Source: Vicinamibacteria bacterium (GTDB lineage: Bacteria; Acidobacteriota; Vicinamibacteria; Marinacidobacterales; DATDRI01). From it: DNA of 37,266 nucleotides. The position numbers and the translations under genes were made by a program. The notes below the pieces were generated by a model, which searched no databases, had not been told where the DNA came from, and was given only the letters and a program-made list of their open reading frames with translations. Each line of letters begins with the position of its first letter. The first letter of the stretch is position 1. The DNA lies in contig DATDRI010000188.1 in the NCBI GenBank assembly GCA_035291825.1, positions 1-37,266 of the forward strand, in the 5' to 3' direction. Positions 9,088-17,577 of the stretch are shown here, in pieces.

Positions 9088-10052
9088 AGTCGAAACGTAG
9101 CCTGCTGTTTCGAATACTGAAGTGGACCGGCATCGCCGTGGGGGGGACGCTTTTCATACTGATTTTCTTGGTGGCTCCCTATTGGCTCGCCAATACGGTC
9201 ACGACTTTCGGCACGCGTCCCATGGATCAGGAGCTCACATCCACGCCCGCCGACTACGGCGTCGAGTTCGAAGAGGTCGTCTTTGCTTCGACGGATGGCG
9301 TTGCTCTGGCCGGATGGTACCTGGGTGACGGAGATCGCGGTGCATCGGTCGTGTGCGCGCACGGGCTCTTTCGTTCGCGCCTCGAGGTGTTGGAGCGGGC
9401 GGTCTTCCTTCGTCAAAACGGGTTCAACGTCCTCCTTTTCGATTCCCGGCGCCATGGAGCGAGCGGAGGGGATCGAATAACGCTTGGTTTCAAGGAGCGC
9501 CTCGATGTGGAAGCCGGGATTCGGTTCGTGAAGGATCGTAGCCCCGCCGACAAGATCATCCTCTTCGGCGTCTCCATGGGAGCCGCGGCTTCGCTGTTGG
9601 CCGCCGCCGAGACCCCTGACGTTTTGGCGGTCATCGCCGATAGTAGCTTCCTTAACTTCGAGCACATCGTTACTCATCACCTGAAGCTTCTTTTCGGTCT
9701 GCCACGCTTCCCTCTGGGTGACGAGCTGGTTTTTTTCATCGAGCGCCTGGCGGGGTTCTCCAAAGAGGATTTCGACCTGGAAACGGCGGTGCGTCGCGTC
9801 GGCAACCGCCCGATCCTTTTCATTGCAGGAAGCGAGGATGAGCGCACGCCGGTTGCGCTTCAGGAGCGTCTCTTTCGAGCGGCGGAGAGTGAAAAGAGTG
9901 ATCTGGTGGTCTTGGACGGAGCCACGCACGGCGCGGCCTATCGGACACGAACCGAGGCATACCGAAATGCTCTCCTCTCTTTCTTGAGCAAGGCAGCTCC
10001 GGTACCTCATCCCTCGGCCGAGGCGGAGCCGGTGAAGAAGGGCGCTCTCTAG
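9084..10052 (+). CDS. Membrane-anchored alpha/beta-fold hydrolase (COG1073-like)
   Basis: N-terminal TM helix (WTGIAVGGTLFILIFLVAPYWL), nucleophile elbow GVSMGAAA, later AGSEDERTP (Asp) and GATHGAAY (His). I propose the TTG start at 9084: a GGAGGA Shine-Dalgarno (SD) motif lies 9 nt upstream, and the TTG overlaps the MFS stop as TTGA. The ORF-track start at 9015 lies inside the MFS gene. Confidence 0.8.
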   Translation: MKSKRSLLFRILKWTGIAVGGTLFILIFLVAPYWLANTVTTFGTRPMDQELTSTPADYGVEFEEVVFASTDGVALAGWYLGDGDRGASVVCAHGLFRSRLEVLERAVFLRQNGFNVLLFDSRRHGASGGDRITLGFKERLDVEAGIRFVKDRSPADKIILFGVSMGAAASLLAAAETPDVLAVIADSSFLNFEHIVTHHLKLLFGLPRFPLGDELVFFIERLAGFSKEDFDLETAVRRVGNRPILFIAGSEDERTPVALQERLFRAAESEKSDLVVLDGATHGAAYRTRTEAYRNALLSFLSKAAPVPHPSAEAEPVKKGAL

Positions 10053-10483
10053 GCGCTGGGGAGGTGGGGAAGAGGAAGTAGAAAATAACCCTTCACTTCA
10101 TGAACCTGGCGACGGGATCCCGGATGACCGGGCGGGCCCGAGCTGTCCGGGTAGTGGTCCAAGAAGGACTGACGGATGGAGTCGTATTCCTCCAGGGGGA
10201 AATACCTTTGTACCAGGGAGGTGGTGCGAAAACGAGCGTCCCAGAAATGGAGATCGACTCGCAGCACCGGTTCCAGCGGCCTGGCTTGTTGGGGAGGCTC
10301 GGCGCCATAACTATCGGCGTCGATCCAGATGGAGATCTTTTCTCCCTCCACGATCTTCTCGTGATGATGCGTCATGTAGTACTTCCATAGGGAGAACTCC
10401 CGGAGAGGGACGAAACGCTGCGACGGCGCCTCGCCGGGGGAGCGAAGGTAACATCGGACGATCTTCACTCTCGCCATCGGCAC
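10049..10483 (-). CDS. Hypothetical protein with no motif I recognise
   Basis: A 144-codon ORF with GC-rich third positions: (MP)MARVKIVRCYLRSPGEAPSQRFVPLREFSLWKYYMTHHHEKIVEGEKISIWIDADSYG... The start is GTG 10483 or ATG 10477. Its stop overlaps the hydrolase stop in a CTAG palindrome. Confidence 0.5.
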   Translation of the reverse strand: MPMARVKIVRCYLRSPGEAPSQRFVPLREFSLWKYYMTHHHEKIVEGEKISIWIDADSYGAEPPQQARPLEPVLRVDLHFWDARFRTTSLVQRYFPLEEYDSIRQSFLDHYPDSSGPPGHPGSRRQVHEVKGYFLLPLPHLPSA

Positions 10484-10717
10484 TCCTGGCTCTTTCTAGT
10501 CGATCCCCGCTCAGTTGCTCGCGCCGAATGGGTCGGCAACGAACGAACCCTGGAACTGGGAAGTTTGGGGTTCGCTCAGTATACGACGGAACGGTCTCCA
10601 TGGGAAGGATTTATGACTCCGCCGGGCCAGGGCTGGCGGGTGGAGGTCTCTCCGCCTGAAGTCGTTGCAGGGGAGTTACTTGAGAGATGGAGGGGGCGCG
10701 GAGAGGGCCCGCACAGA

Positions 10718-10746
10718 TTGCTTCTTGTGGGGGTACTCCGTATCAT
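10718..10746 (+). promoter_or_regulatory. Candidate gdh promoter: TTGCTT, 17 nt, TATCAT
   Basis: The -35 TTGCTT lies at 10718-10723, the spacer is 17 nt and the -10 TATCAT lies at 10741-10746. This is 53 nt upstream of ATG 10799, which is preceded by a GGGAG SD motif. Confidence 0.3.
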
Positions 10747-10798
10747 GTACCGCCGGTCAGCCGCCAAGCACAGACCCCTGGCCTAGTGGGAGTGAGCC

Positions 10799-12229
10799 AT
10801 GTCCAATCGTCGCAATGTCCCTGAGGATCTGAACCTCAATCACATCGTCGGTCGACAGTTCGACAAGGCCGCCGCCACCCTCGATTTTCCCACCGGGCTA
10901 CTCGAGCAGATCAAAGCCTGTAACGCAATCTACTTCGTCCAGTTCCCGGTCAAGTTCGGAGACAGTTACGAGATATTCCACGGGTGGAGGGCGGAGCACT
11001 CTCACCACCGCAAGCCCGTGAAGGGAGGCATTCGCTATAGCGAGCTCGTCGACCAGGACGAGATCATAGCGCTGGCCGCGCTCATGACCTATAAATGCGC
11101 CATCGTCAATGTTCCCTACGGCGGCGCCAAGGGGGGCATCTCCTTCGACCCGAGAAACTACACTCGCGATCAGATAGAGAAAATCACTCGTCGCTACACC
11201 GCCGAGCTCATCAAGAAGAATTTCATTGGACCGGGAGTGGATGTTCCCGCACCCGATGTGGGTACCGGTGAGCGCGAAATGGCTTGGATCGCGGACACCT
11301 ACGATGCGTTCCATCCGGGAGAAATTGACAACCTGGGTTGCGTGACCGGAAAGCCAGTGACCCAGGGCGGGGTGCGGGGCAGGAAAGAGGCCACCGGACG
11401 GGGCGTGACATTCGGGATGGCGCGGGCCCTTGCGTCTCCCAAGGACTTCAAGCACCTGCGGCTCTCCAATGGTTTGGAAGGCAAGACGGTGGCCATACAG
11501 GGATTCGGAAACGTAGGCTACCACGCCGCCAAGTTCACTGCGGAAGCGGGCGCGGTGGTCGTCGCCATCGGAGAGTGGGACGGCGGAGTGTACAACCGTA
11601 AGGGCCTGGACGTGGAAGCGCTCTACCAGTACCGGCTGGAAAGGAAGACCATCCTCGGCTTCCCCGGCGCCAAGGTCTTGAAGGACCCGCGCCAGGTGCT
11701 GGAAGTGGAGTGTGATATCTTGATTCCCGCCGCCCTGGAAAACCAGATCACTCGCGACAACGCGCCGCGCGTTAAAGCCAAGATCGTCGCCGAAGCCGCT
11801 AACGGTCCCACTACCGTCGAGGCGGAGGAGATACTCCTGGAGCGAGGAATCTACATCATTCCCGACGTCTACCTGAACGCCGGGGGAGTGGTGGTGTCTT
11901 ATTTCGAGTGGTGTAAGAACCTGTCCCACATGCGATATGGCCTGCTTCAGAAGCGGCTCGAGGAGGCCAAGACGGCATCGCTGCTCACCGCCTGCGAGGA
12001 GCTGACCGGTCGACGTTTGTCGAGCGAGTTACGGAAGAAGCTCTCGGTGCCGCCCGACGAAGAAGTGCTGGTCAATAGCGGCTTGGAAGAGAAGATGACG
12101 GTTGCCTATGAGGAGATTCGAGATGTCTTTCTCACCCGTGACAAGGTGAAAGACATGCGAACCGCGGCGTACGTCGTGGCTATCGAGAAGGTGGCACGCT
12201 CCTATATGGAGCTGGGAATCTTTCCCTGA
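10799..12229 (+). CDS. gdh: Glutamate dehydrogenase, GLUD1-like (animal-type) with an antenna-like insertion
   Basis: HRKPVKGGIRYSELVDQDEIIALAALMTYKCAIVNVPYGGAKGGI, FIGPGVDVPAPDVGTGEREMAWIADTY, GFGNVGYH, NAPRVKAKIVAEAANGPTT, YLNAGGVVVSYFEWCKNLSHMRYG and DMRTAAYVVAIEKV. Confidence 0.95.
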   Translation: MSNRRNVPEDLNLNHIVGRQFDKAAATLDFPTGLLEQIKACNAIYFVQFPVKFGDSYEIFHGWRAEHSHHRKPVKGGIRYSELVDQDEIIALAALMTYKCAIVNVPYGGAKGGISFDPRNYTRDQIEKITRRYTAELIKKNFIGPGVDVPAPDVGTGEREMAWIADTYDAFHPGEIDNLGCVTGKPVTQGGVRGRKEATGRGVTFGMARALASPKDFKHLRLSNGLEGKTVAIQGFGNVGYHAAKFTAEAGAVVVAIGEWDGGVYNRKGLDVEALYQYRLERKTILGFPGAKVLKDPRQVLEVECDILIPAALENQITRDNAPRVKAKIVAEAANGPTTVEAEEILLERGIYIIPDVYLNAGGVVVSYFEWCKNLSHMRYGLLQKRLEEAKTASLLTACEELTGRRLSSELRKKLSVPPDEEVLVNSGLEEKMTVAYEEIRDVFLTRDKVKDMRTAAYVVAIEKVARSYMELGIFP

Positions 12230-12275
12230 GGGGCCCCAAGAGCGTTGATGGCCTCGAGGACGAAAGGACAAGACG

Positions 12276-12830
12276 CTGACTCTCGCCAATCAGCTCACCG
12301 TCTTGCGGATGTGCCTGGTGCCCGTCCTGGTCATCCTGCTGGTATATGGCTATTTCGGCTGGGGACTGGCGGTTTTCCTGATCGCCGGCGTCACCGACGC
12401 CCTGGACGGGGTCTTTGCCCGAGCCCGGCGCGAGAGGACACAGCTGGGCACCATGCTCGATCCTCTTGCCGACAAGCTGCTGGTGGTGACGTCGCTCGTC
12501 GTCCTCTCCATTCCTAATCTGTCGCTCACCGTTCGTATCCCGGTATGGGTTACCATCCTCGCTATTAGCCGGGACGCGGGCATTCTCATCACCGTGGTGG
12601 TGGTCAACCTGGCGATAGGCCGACGGGTCTTCTCGCCGACCGCCCTCGGCAAGGCGACCACCGCGGTTCAACTCCTCACCATTCTCTGGGTCCTTTGGGG
12701 CAACTATCGGGGGGCGGCCCTGCCCCTGACCGAGGGTCTTCTGGCACTCATGGTGGCCTTCACCGTAGCTTCCGGTCTTCACTACATCCACCATGCCCGC
12801 CGGATCATGGGGGAAGAGGAGGTGGGCTAG
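12276..12830 (+). CDS. pgsA: CDP-diacylglycerol--glycerol-3-phosphate 3-phosphatidyltransferase (CDP-alcohol phosphatidyltransferase family)
   Basis: Family motif DALDGVFARARRERTQLGTMLDPLADKL (D-x2-DG-x2-AR...G-x3-D-x3-D). The first canonical start is TTG 12303 (ORF track). The conserved N-terminal LANQLTVLR element lies upstream of it, in frame after the TGA at 12246. I therefore propose CTG 12276, with an AAAGGA SD motif 7 nt upstream. The stop is secure; the start is uncertain. Confidence 0.8.
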   Translation: MTLANQLTVLRMCLVPVLVILLVYGYFGWGLAVFLIAGVTDALDGVFARARRERTQLGTMLDPLADKLLVVTSLVVLSIPNLSLTVRIPVWVTILAISRDAGILITVVVVNLAIGRRVFSPTALGKATTAVQLLTILWVLWGNYRGAALPLTEGLLALMVAFTVASGLHYIHHARRIMGEEEVG

Positions 12831-12836
12831 TGCGGC

Positions 12837-13778
12837 TCAGAGGTTCAGTTTGTTCCGGAAATACTCGACGGTGCGGGCCAGCCCCTCCTCCAGCGAAACC
12901 TGCGGTTGCCAATTGAGAATGGTTTTGGCCCGGGTAATGTCGGGTTGGCGGACTCGCGGATCGTCCACCGGCAAGGGCCTGAAGACGATGTCGGAAGGTG
13001 AAGCGGTAGCTTTCTTGATGGTCTGGGCGAGCTGCAGAATCGTCATTTCGTGTGGGTTCCCCAGGTTCACCGGTTCGTTGTAATCGGACTGCAGCAGGCG
13101 GAAGAGTCCTTCTACCAGATCGCTGATGTAGCAAAAGCTGCGGGTCTGGCTGCCGTCCCCGAAGACGGAAAGCGGTTCGCCTTGCAGCGCCTGGCTGATA
13201 AAGGCGGGGATGGCCCGTCCATCGTGGATCCGCATGCGCGGTCCATAGGTGTTGAAGATCCTGGCGATCTTGACGTCGATACCGTGGTAGCGGTGATAGG
13301 CCACCGTCATCGCCTCGGCGAAACGCTTCGCTTCGTCGTAGACCCCTCGCGGGCCGATGGGATTCACATTCCCCCAGTAGTCTTCTTTCTGCGGATGGAT
13401 CAGAGGATCTCCGTAGACCTCCGACGTCGAGGCGAGGAGGAAGGTGGCTTTCTTGGCGCGTGCCAGTCCGAGCGTCTTATGCGTGCCCAGGGATCCTACT
13501 TTGAGCGTCTGGATGGGGAGCTCCAGGTAGTCGATGGGGCTGGCCGGGCTAGCGAAATGAAGTATGTAACGGAGGGGTCCGTCGACGACGATCTCCTCGG
13601 TGACGTCGTGCTGGACGAAAGTGAACCGCGGGCTCTCGATGTGGGCGAGGTTGGTGCGATGACCGGTGATGAAGTTGTCCATCCCGATGATTTCGTAACC
13701 CCGCTCGAGCAGGTAGTCGACGAGATGGGAACCTATGAATCCGGCGGCACCGGTGATGAGGACACGCTCGCTAGGCAA
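12837..13778 (-). CDS. UDP-glucuronate decarboxylase (UDP-xylose synthase), SDR family
   Basis: [45 protein letters not shown] and [10 protein letters not shown] are typical of UXS-type decarboxylases. TTG start at 13778. Confidence 0.85.
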   Translation of the reverse strand: MPSERVLITGAAGFIGSHLVDYLLERGYEIIGMDNFITGHRTNLAHIESPRFTFVQHDVTEEIVVDGPLRYILHFASPASPIDYLELPIQTLKVGSLGTHKTLGLARAKKATFLLASTSEVYGDPLIHPQKEDYWGNVNPIGPRGVYDEAKRFAEAMTVAYHRYHGIDVKIARIFNTYGPRMRIHDGRAIPAFISQALQGEPLSVFGDGSQTRSFCYISDLVEGLFRLLQSDYNEPVNLGNPHEMTILQLAQTIKKATASPSDIVFRPLPVDDPRVRQPDITRAKTILNWQPQVSLEEGLARTVEYFRNKLNL

Positions 13779-13787
13779 GAGGAAGGC

Positions 13788-15227
13788 TCAATAAGCGTGT
13801 CGATGGAGGAATACCCTCCAAAAAGTCAGCCACAAGATCTTGAAATCCAATCCCAGCGTCCAGTTCTCGATGTAGTAGAGGTCGTGCTCGATGCGCTTCT
13901 CGATCGAGGTATTGCCCCGCCATCCGTTCACTTGGGCCCAGCCGGTCATTCCCGACTTGACCTTGTGACGCAGCATGTATTGGGGAATCCGTTCTTTGAA
14001 TTTCTGGACGAAACTCGGTCGCTCCGGACGGGGCCCGACCAGCGACATGTCACCCTTGAGTACGTTATAGAGCTGCGGAAGCTCGTCGATGCTGAGGCGG
14101 CGAAGAATGCCGCCCAGGGCGGTTCTTCGCGGGTCGTCCGGATCCGCCCAGACCGGGCCGGTCTCCTCTTCCGCGTTCTCGTACATGGAGCGAAATTTGT
14201 AGATGGTGAACGGCTTTCCGTCCAGCCCCATGCGTTCCTGCGAGTAGAAGACCGGACCCCTTGAGGTCCACTTGATGAGCGCCGCGATGAGCGCGAAGGG
14301 AATGGCTACCAGGGCCAGCAGGGCAGCCGACAAGCAAACATCCATGCTCCTCTTCTGTACCCAGTTCCAGCCCTGAATGGGCGTCTCGGCCAGACTGATG
14401 ACCGGGATCCCGTCCAAATCCTCTACTCCCGCCCGCAGTGCGACGTGGGTGAGGTAGTCCCAAGCGACTTTGACGTCGAGCCCTTCTCGACCGGCAAAGG
14501 AGATGAGCGCCTTGATCTTTTCGTGCTCCTCGAGGGGCAAGGCAACGTACAAGGAGGCGATCTGCCGAGTGGCGACGACCTGCTCGACCTCGTCGATGGT
14601 ACCTAGAATAGGCAGGCCTCGATAACCGGCAAACTCTCCCCGCAGGTGATCGTCCAGGAACCCCATTACCCGAAAGCCGAGCTCTTGATGATCGATGAAC
14701 TTGTCGGCCACCGAACGACCGAGCTCCCCGGCGCCGGCGATCAAAATGTTGCGCAGGCCTTCGCCGATGCGCCAGCGCGCTTCTCGATGTTCCCGAATGA
14801 CGGAACGGGTGAGCGCCAAGAGGACGACGTCGAACAGCACGAACAGGCCCAGCACCAGCTGAGAGAACTCGTAGCGCCCGGAGACCTCGGGCGGGCCGTA
14901 GAAGTAATAGACTCGTAGATAGAGCGCCAGGAACAAGGTGACGGCGGTTCCCATGGCCACCGCCCAGACGATGGAGAACAGCTCGTCGACTCGGGAGCGG
15001 AGTCGCCTCAGGTTATAGAGACCGTGTAGATAGAAGAGTAGCGGCCAGAGGATACTGATAAGCGGGATGAGCAGAAGATACTGCCGAAAAGGGCTGACGC
15101 CCTTGGTGACTTCGATGATTTGGACGTTGAAACGAACGAAGTAGGCGAGAAAGAAGGCGAAGTAGGTAGCGAGGAGATCGCCGAGGATGTAAACGCCGGT
15201 TAATATTCGGCTCTGCTGCTTGACCAT
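13788..15227 (-). CDS. Polyprenyl-phosphate sugar-phosphotransferase (WbaP/WcaJ-like priming enzyme of exopolysaccharide (EPS) synthesis)
   Basis: N-terminal TM helices, a central Rossmann-like region (ILIAGAGELG), and a C-terminal bacterial sugar transferase domain (PFTIYKFRSM, DELPQLYNVLKGDMSLVGPRPERP). Confidence 0.9.
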   Translation of the reverse strand: MVKQQSRILTGVYILGDLLATYFAFFLAYFVRFNVQIIEVTKGVSPFRQYLLLIPLISILWPLLFYLHGLYNLRRLRSRVDELFSIVWAVAMGTAVTLFLALYLRVYYFYGPPEVSGRYEFSQLVLGLFVLFDVVLLALTRSVIREHREARWRIGEGLRNILIAGAGELGRSVADKFIDHQELGFRVMGFLDDHLRGEFAGYRGLPILGTIDEVEQVVATRQIASLYVALPLEEHEKIKALISFAGREGLDVKVAWDYLTHVALRAGVEDLDGIPVISLAETPIQGWNWVQKRSMDVCLSAALLALVAIPFALIAALIKWTSRGPVFYSQERMGLDGKPFTIYKFRSMYENAEEETGPVWADPDDPRRTALGGILRRLSIDELPQLYNVLKGDMSLVGPRPERPSFVQKFKERIPQYMLRHKVKSGMTGWAQVNGWRGNTSIEKRIEHDLYYIENWTLGLDFKILWLTFWRVFLHRHAY

Positions 15228-15237
15228 CTCGGGAACG

Positions 15238-16326
15238 TCATTCCCCGGCGAGCTTTCGGTCGATGAACTCTCTCATCTGGGTCTTGAAGCGCTGGCGGGA
15301 AAAGCCGAGCGCCCAGCTCCTCAGGGCGTTTCTATTAAACCGCAGTGTGGAAACCCTGTCAATAGCGTCGGATAGGGCCTGGGGTGAGGGTTCGGAGAAG
15401 AGCACTCCGGTTTCTCCATCCCGCACCGTGTCCAGCGCGCCGCCCTCGGCGAAAGCCACCACCGGGCGGCCGCACGCCTGGCTCTCCACCGGAGCAATGC
15501 CGAAATCCTCGACGCCCGGCAACAGAGTCGCGCGGCAGCGTTGGTAGAGTAGAACGAGCTCCTGTTGAGACACGCTGCCCAAGAACTCGATGTTCGGGCC
15601 GGCCCTTCGCTTCAGCCGTCCCTCCTGCGGTCCGGTTCCAACGATTAGCAAGCGGTCCGTCCTGCGGTTGAAGGCGTCTATGGCGAGCTCCAGTCGTTTG
15701 TAAGGAACGAGGGCGGAGACGATGAGATAGGTGTTCTCGGGCTCGCTATCGGCGGGTACGTAGAGCTCGGTGTCGACGGGGGGATGGATCACCGCGTCGG
15801 CCTCGCGAAGGTAATACTTGCGAATACGTCCTGCCACGTGTTGGGAGTCGGCAATGAAATAATGGACTCGATCCGCCGACGCGACGTCCCACTTACGCAG
15901 GTAGTACGCGACCGGGCGGTAGAGCAGGTTAGCCTTGAGCCCGTCGCCGAAGTAGTCGTGAAAGCGGTCCCAGACATAGCGCATCGGGGTGAGGCAGTAG
16001 CAGATGTGAAGGGAGCCGGGGGGCGGGATCGCGCCTTTGGCCACGCAGTGACTGTTGGAAACGATGAGATCGTAGCCGCTCAGATCCAGCGACTCGACCG
16101 CCCAGGGATAGAGGGGAAGGTACCAGCGATAGATTCTCCTGACGCCGGGTAGCTTCTGGGTGAAGGCGGTGCGGATGGTGTGGGATTCAATGACGTCGCT
16201 GGTCGAGTGCGGAACGTGCACCATGGTAAACAGCGTGGCGTCAGGGAAGAGCTCACACAGCGCCTCCAGGACCTTTTCGCCGCCCCGGAGCCCGGTGAGC
16301 CAGTCATGAATCAGGGCGACCCGCAT
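15238..16326 (-). CDS. Glycosyltransferase family 4 (GT-B)
   Basis: [22 protein letters not shown]-terminus. C-terminal EDFGIAPVESQACGRPVVAFAEGGALDTV. ATG 16326 is preferred over the ORF-track start at 16443. It overlaps the upstream GT4 gene by 23 nt. Confidence 0.85.
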   Translation of the reverse strand: MRVALIHDWLTGLRGGEKVLEALCELFPDATLFTMVHVPHSTSDVIESHTIRTAFTQKLPGVRRIYRWYLPLYPWAVESLDLSGYDLIVSNSHCVAKGAIPPPGSLHICYCLTPMRYVWDRFHDYFGDGLKANLLYRPVAYYLRKWDVASADRVHYFIADSQHVAGRIRKYYLREADAVIHPPVDTELYVPADSEPENTYLIVSALVPYKRLELAIDAFNRRTDRLLIVGTGPQEGRLKRRAGPNIEFLGSVSQQELVLLYQRCRATLLPGVEDFGIAPVESQACGRPVVAFAEGGALDTVRDGETGVLFSEPSPQALSDAIDRVSTLRFNRNALRSWALGFSRQRFKTQMREFIDRKLAGE

Positions 16327-17485
16327 GCGATGCCTGCGCGGCGGTCGAGGGAACGCCGGCGATGCCCAGGGCCCGTTGATAGGCGCGATGGACTTGGATG
16401 GCCGATCCCTGCCAGGAGAACTGTTTGGCGCGTTCGTAACCATCGGCGATGAGGCGAGTCCTCAAGTTCCGATCGGTCAGTATGGCGCGTATCGCCAAGG
16501 CGATTTGGTCGATGTTGTAAGGGTCGACGGTGAGGGCCGCGTCGCCGACCACTTCGGGCAAGGAGGATATGTTCGACGTCACCACGGGAGTTCCGTTGGC
16601 CATGGCTTCCAGCGGCGGAAGCCCAAACCCCTCATAGAGGGAGGGAAACACGAAGACGTCGGCGATCTTGTAGAGCGCCACCAGGGTGAGCTCGGGGACG
16701 AAGCCGAAGAAGCGGACGTTCCCCCGAACTCGGTGGCGCTCCACGGTTCTGCGAAGCGAGGGGTACTTGGAGATCTCGTCGCCCACCACGATGAGCGTCA
16801 GGTCCGAAAATTCAGGGTTCTCCCGGACCTTGGCGAATGCGGCGATGAGCCGCTCCACGTTCTTGTGCGGTTTGATGTTTCCTACGAAGAGAACCGTCCG
16901 CCCGAAGATCTGGAACCTCTCCTTGACGCGGGCCAACTCCTGAACGGGAAGCGCCTGGGTCATCGAGCCGTCGATCCCGTTGGGGATGACGACGATCTTG
17001 TCCGGACTGACTTCGAAAAAAGTGAGCAGGTCTCTCTTGGAGGAATCGGAGACGGTGAGCACCAGCTCCGCCTTGTCGAGAGCCCTCCGGATCATGAACC
17101 GGGCGTAGTGGCTGGCGAAGCGAGAGGGAAGATACTGCGGAAAGAGCAAGTGTATGACGTCGTGGATGGTAACGACCGAAGGACAGGGTGTGAAGAGTGG
17201 CAAGACATAGTGGGGCGAGTGGAAGAGCTGTACCTTGAGGCGCCTGAGCGCGGCCGGGATCCCGACGTGCTCGACCAGCGAATAGTTGGGAGAGCTGACT
17301 CGGATGGGAGTGCAGCGAGGACTTAGCGAGCGAACCAGCGCTTCGTCTTGAGCGTAGCACAGCGCGAAGTAAAGAGTCTCGTCGTCGACGAGGGGAAGGT
17401 GCCTGATGAGATTGCGGATGTAGGTCCCTATTCCGAAATCATTGATTTTTCTGACGTCGAGGGCAATTCGCATCGGTGACGGCAT
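16304..17485 (-). CDS. Glycosyltransferase family 4 (GT-B)
   Basis: [41 protein letters not shown]. The start is ATG 17485 or ATG 17473 (MRIALDV). Confidence 0.85.
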   Translation of the reverse strand: MPSPMRIALDVRKINDFGIGTYIRNLIRHLPLVDDETLYFALCYAQDEALVRSLSPRCTPIRVSSPNYSLVEHVGIPAALRRLKVQLFHSPHYVLPLFTPCPSVVTIHDVIHLLFPQYLPSRFASHYARFMIRRALDKAELVLTVSDSSKRDLLTFFEVSPDKIVVIPNGIDGSMTQALPVQELARVKERFQIFGRTVLFVGNIKPHKNVERLIAAFAKVRENPEFSDLTLIVVGDEISKYPSLRRTVERHRVRGNVRFFGFVPELTLVALYKIADVFVFPSLYEGFGLPPLEAMANGTPVVTSNISSLPEVVGDAALTVDPYNIDQIALAIRAILTDRNLRTRLIADGYERAKQFSWQGSAIQVHRAYQRALGIAGVPSTAAQASHAGRPDS

Positions 17486-17510
17486 CGAGGCTGGCGCTAA
17501 ACCCTAGCAA

Positions 17511-17540
17511 AACATAGCAAAAGCGAAGGTCGAAAAGCAA
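17511..17540 (-). promoter_or_regulatory. Candidate promoter for the downstream GT4-GT4-wbaP-uxs genes: TTGCTT, 18 nt, TATGTT on the minus strand
   Basis: It lies in the AT-richer 92-bp gap between the senB-like stop and the GT4 start. The forward strand reads aacata at 17511-17516 and aagcaa at 17535-17540. Matched by eye only. Confidence 0.2.
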
Positions 17541-17577
17541 GAGACGACTTGCGCTTGGCGCTGCGGTAGCCTCCGTT

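Noticed and set aside
10551-10567. A possible sigma-54 promoter (TGGAAC...TTTG) upstream of gdh.
   Set aside because: The GG-N10-GC spacing of the -24/-12 consensus is not met; TT sits where GC is required.
12230-12237. The GGGGCCCC palindrome immediately after the gdh stop, considered as a possible terminator.
   Set aside because: It is an 8-bp perfect palindrome with no loop and no T-run, so it cannot form a useful hairpin. pgsA follows within 46 nt and is probably co-transcribed.
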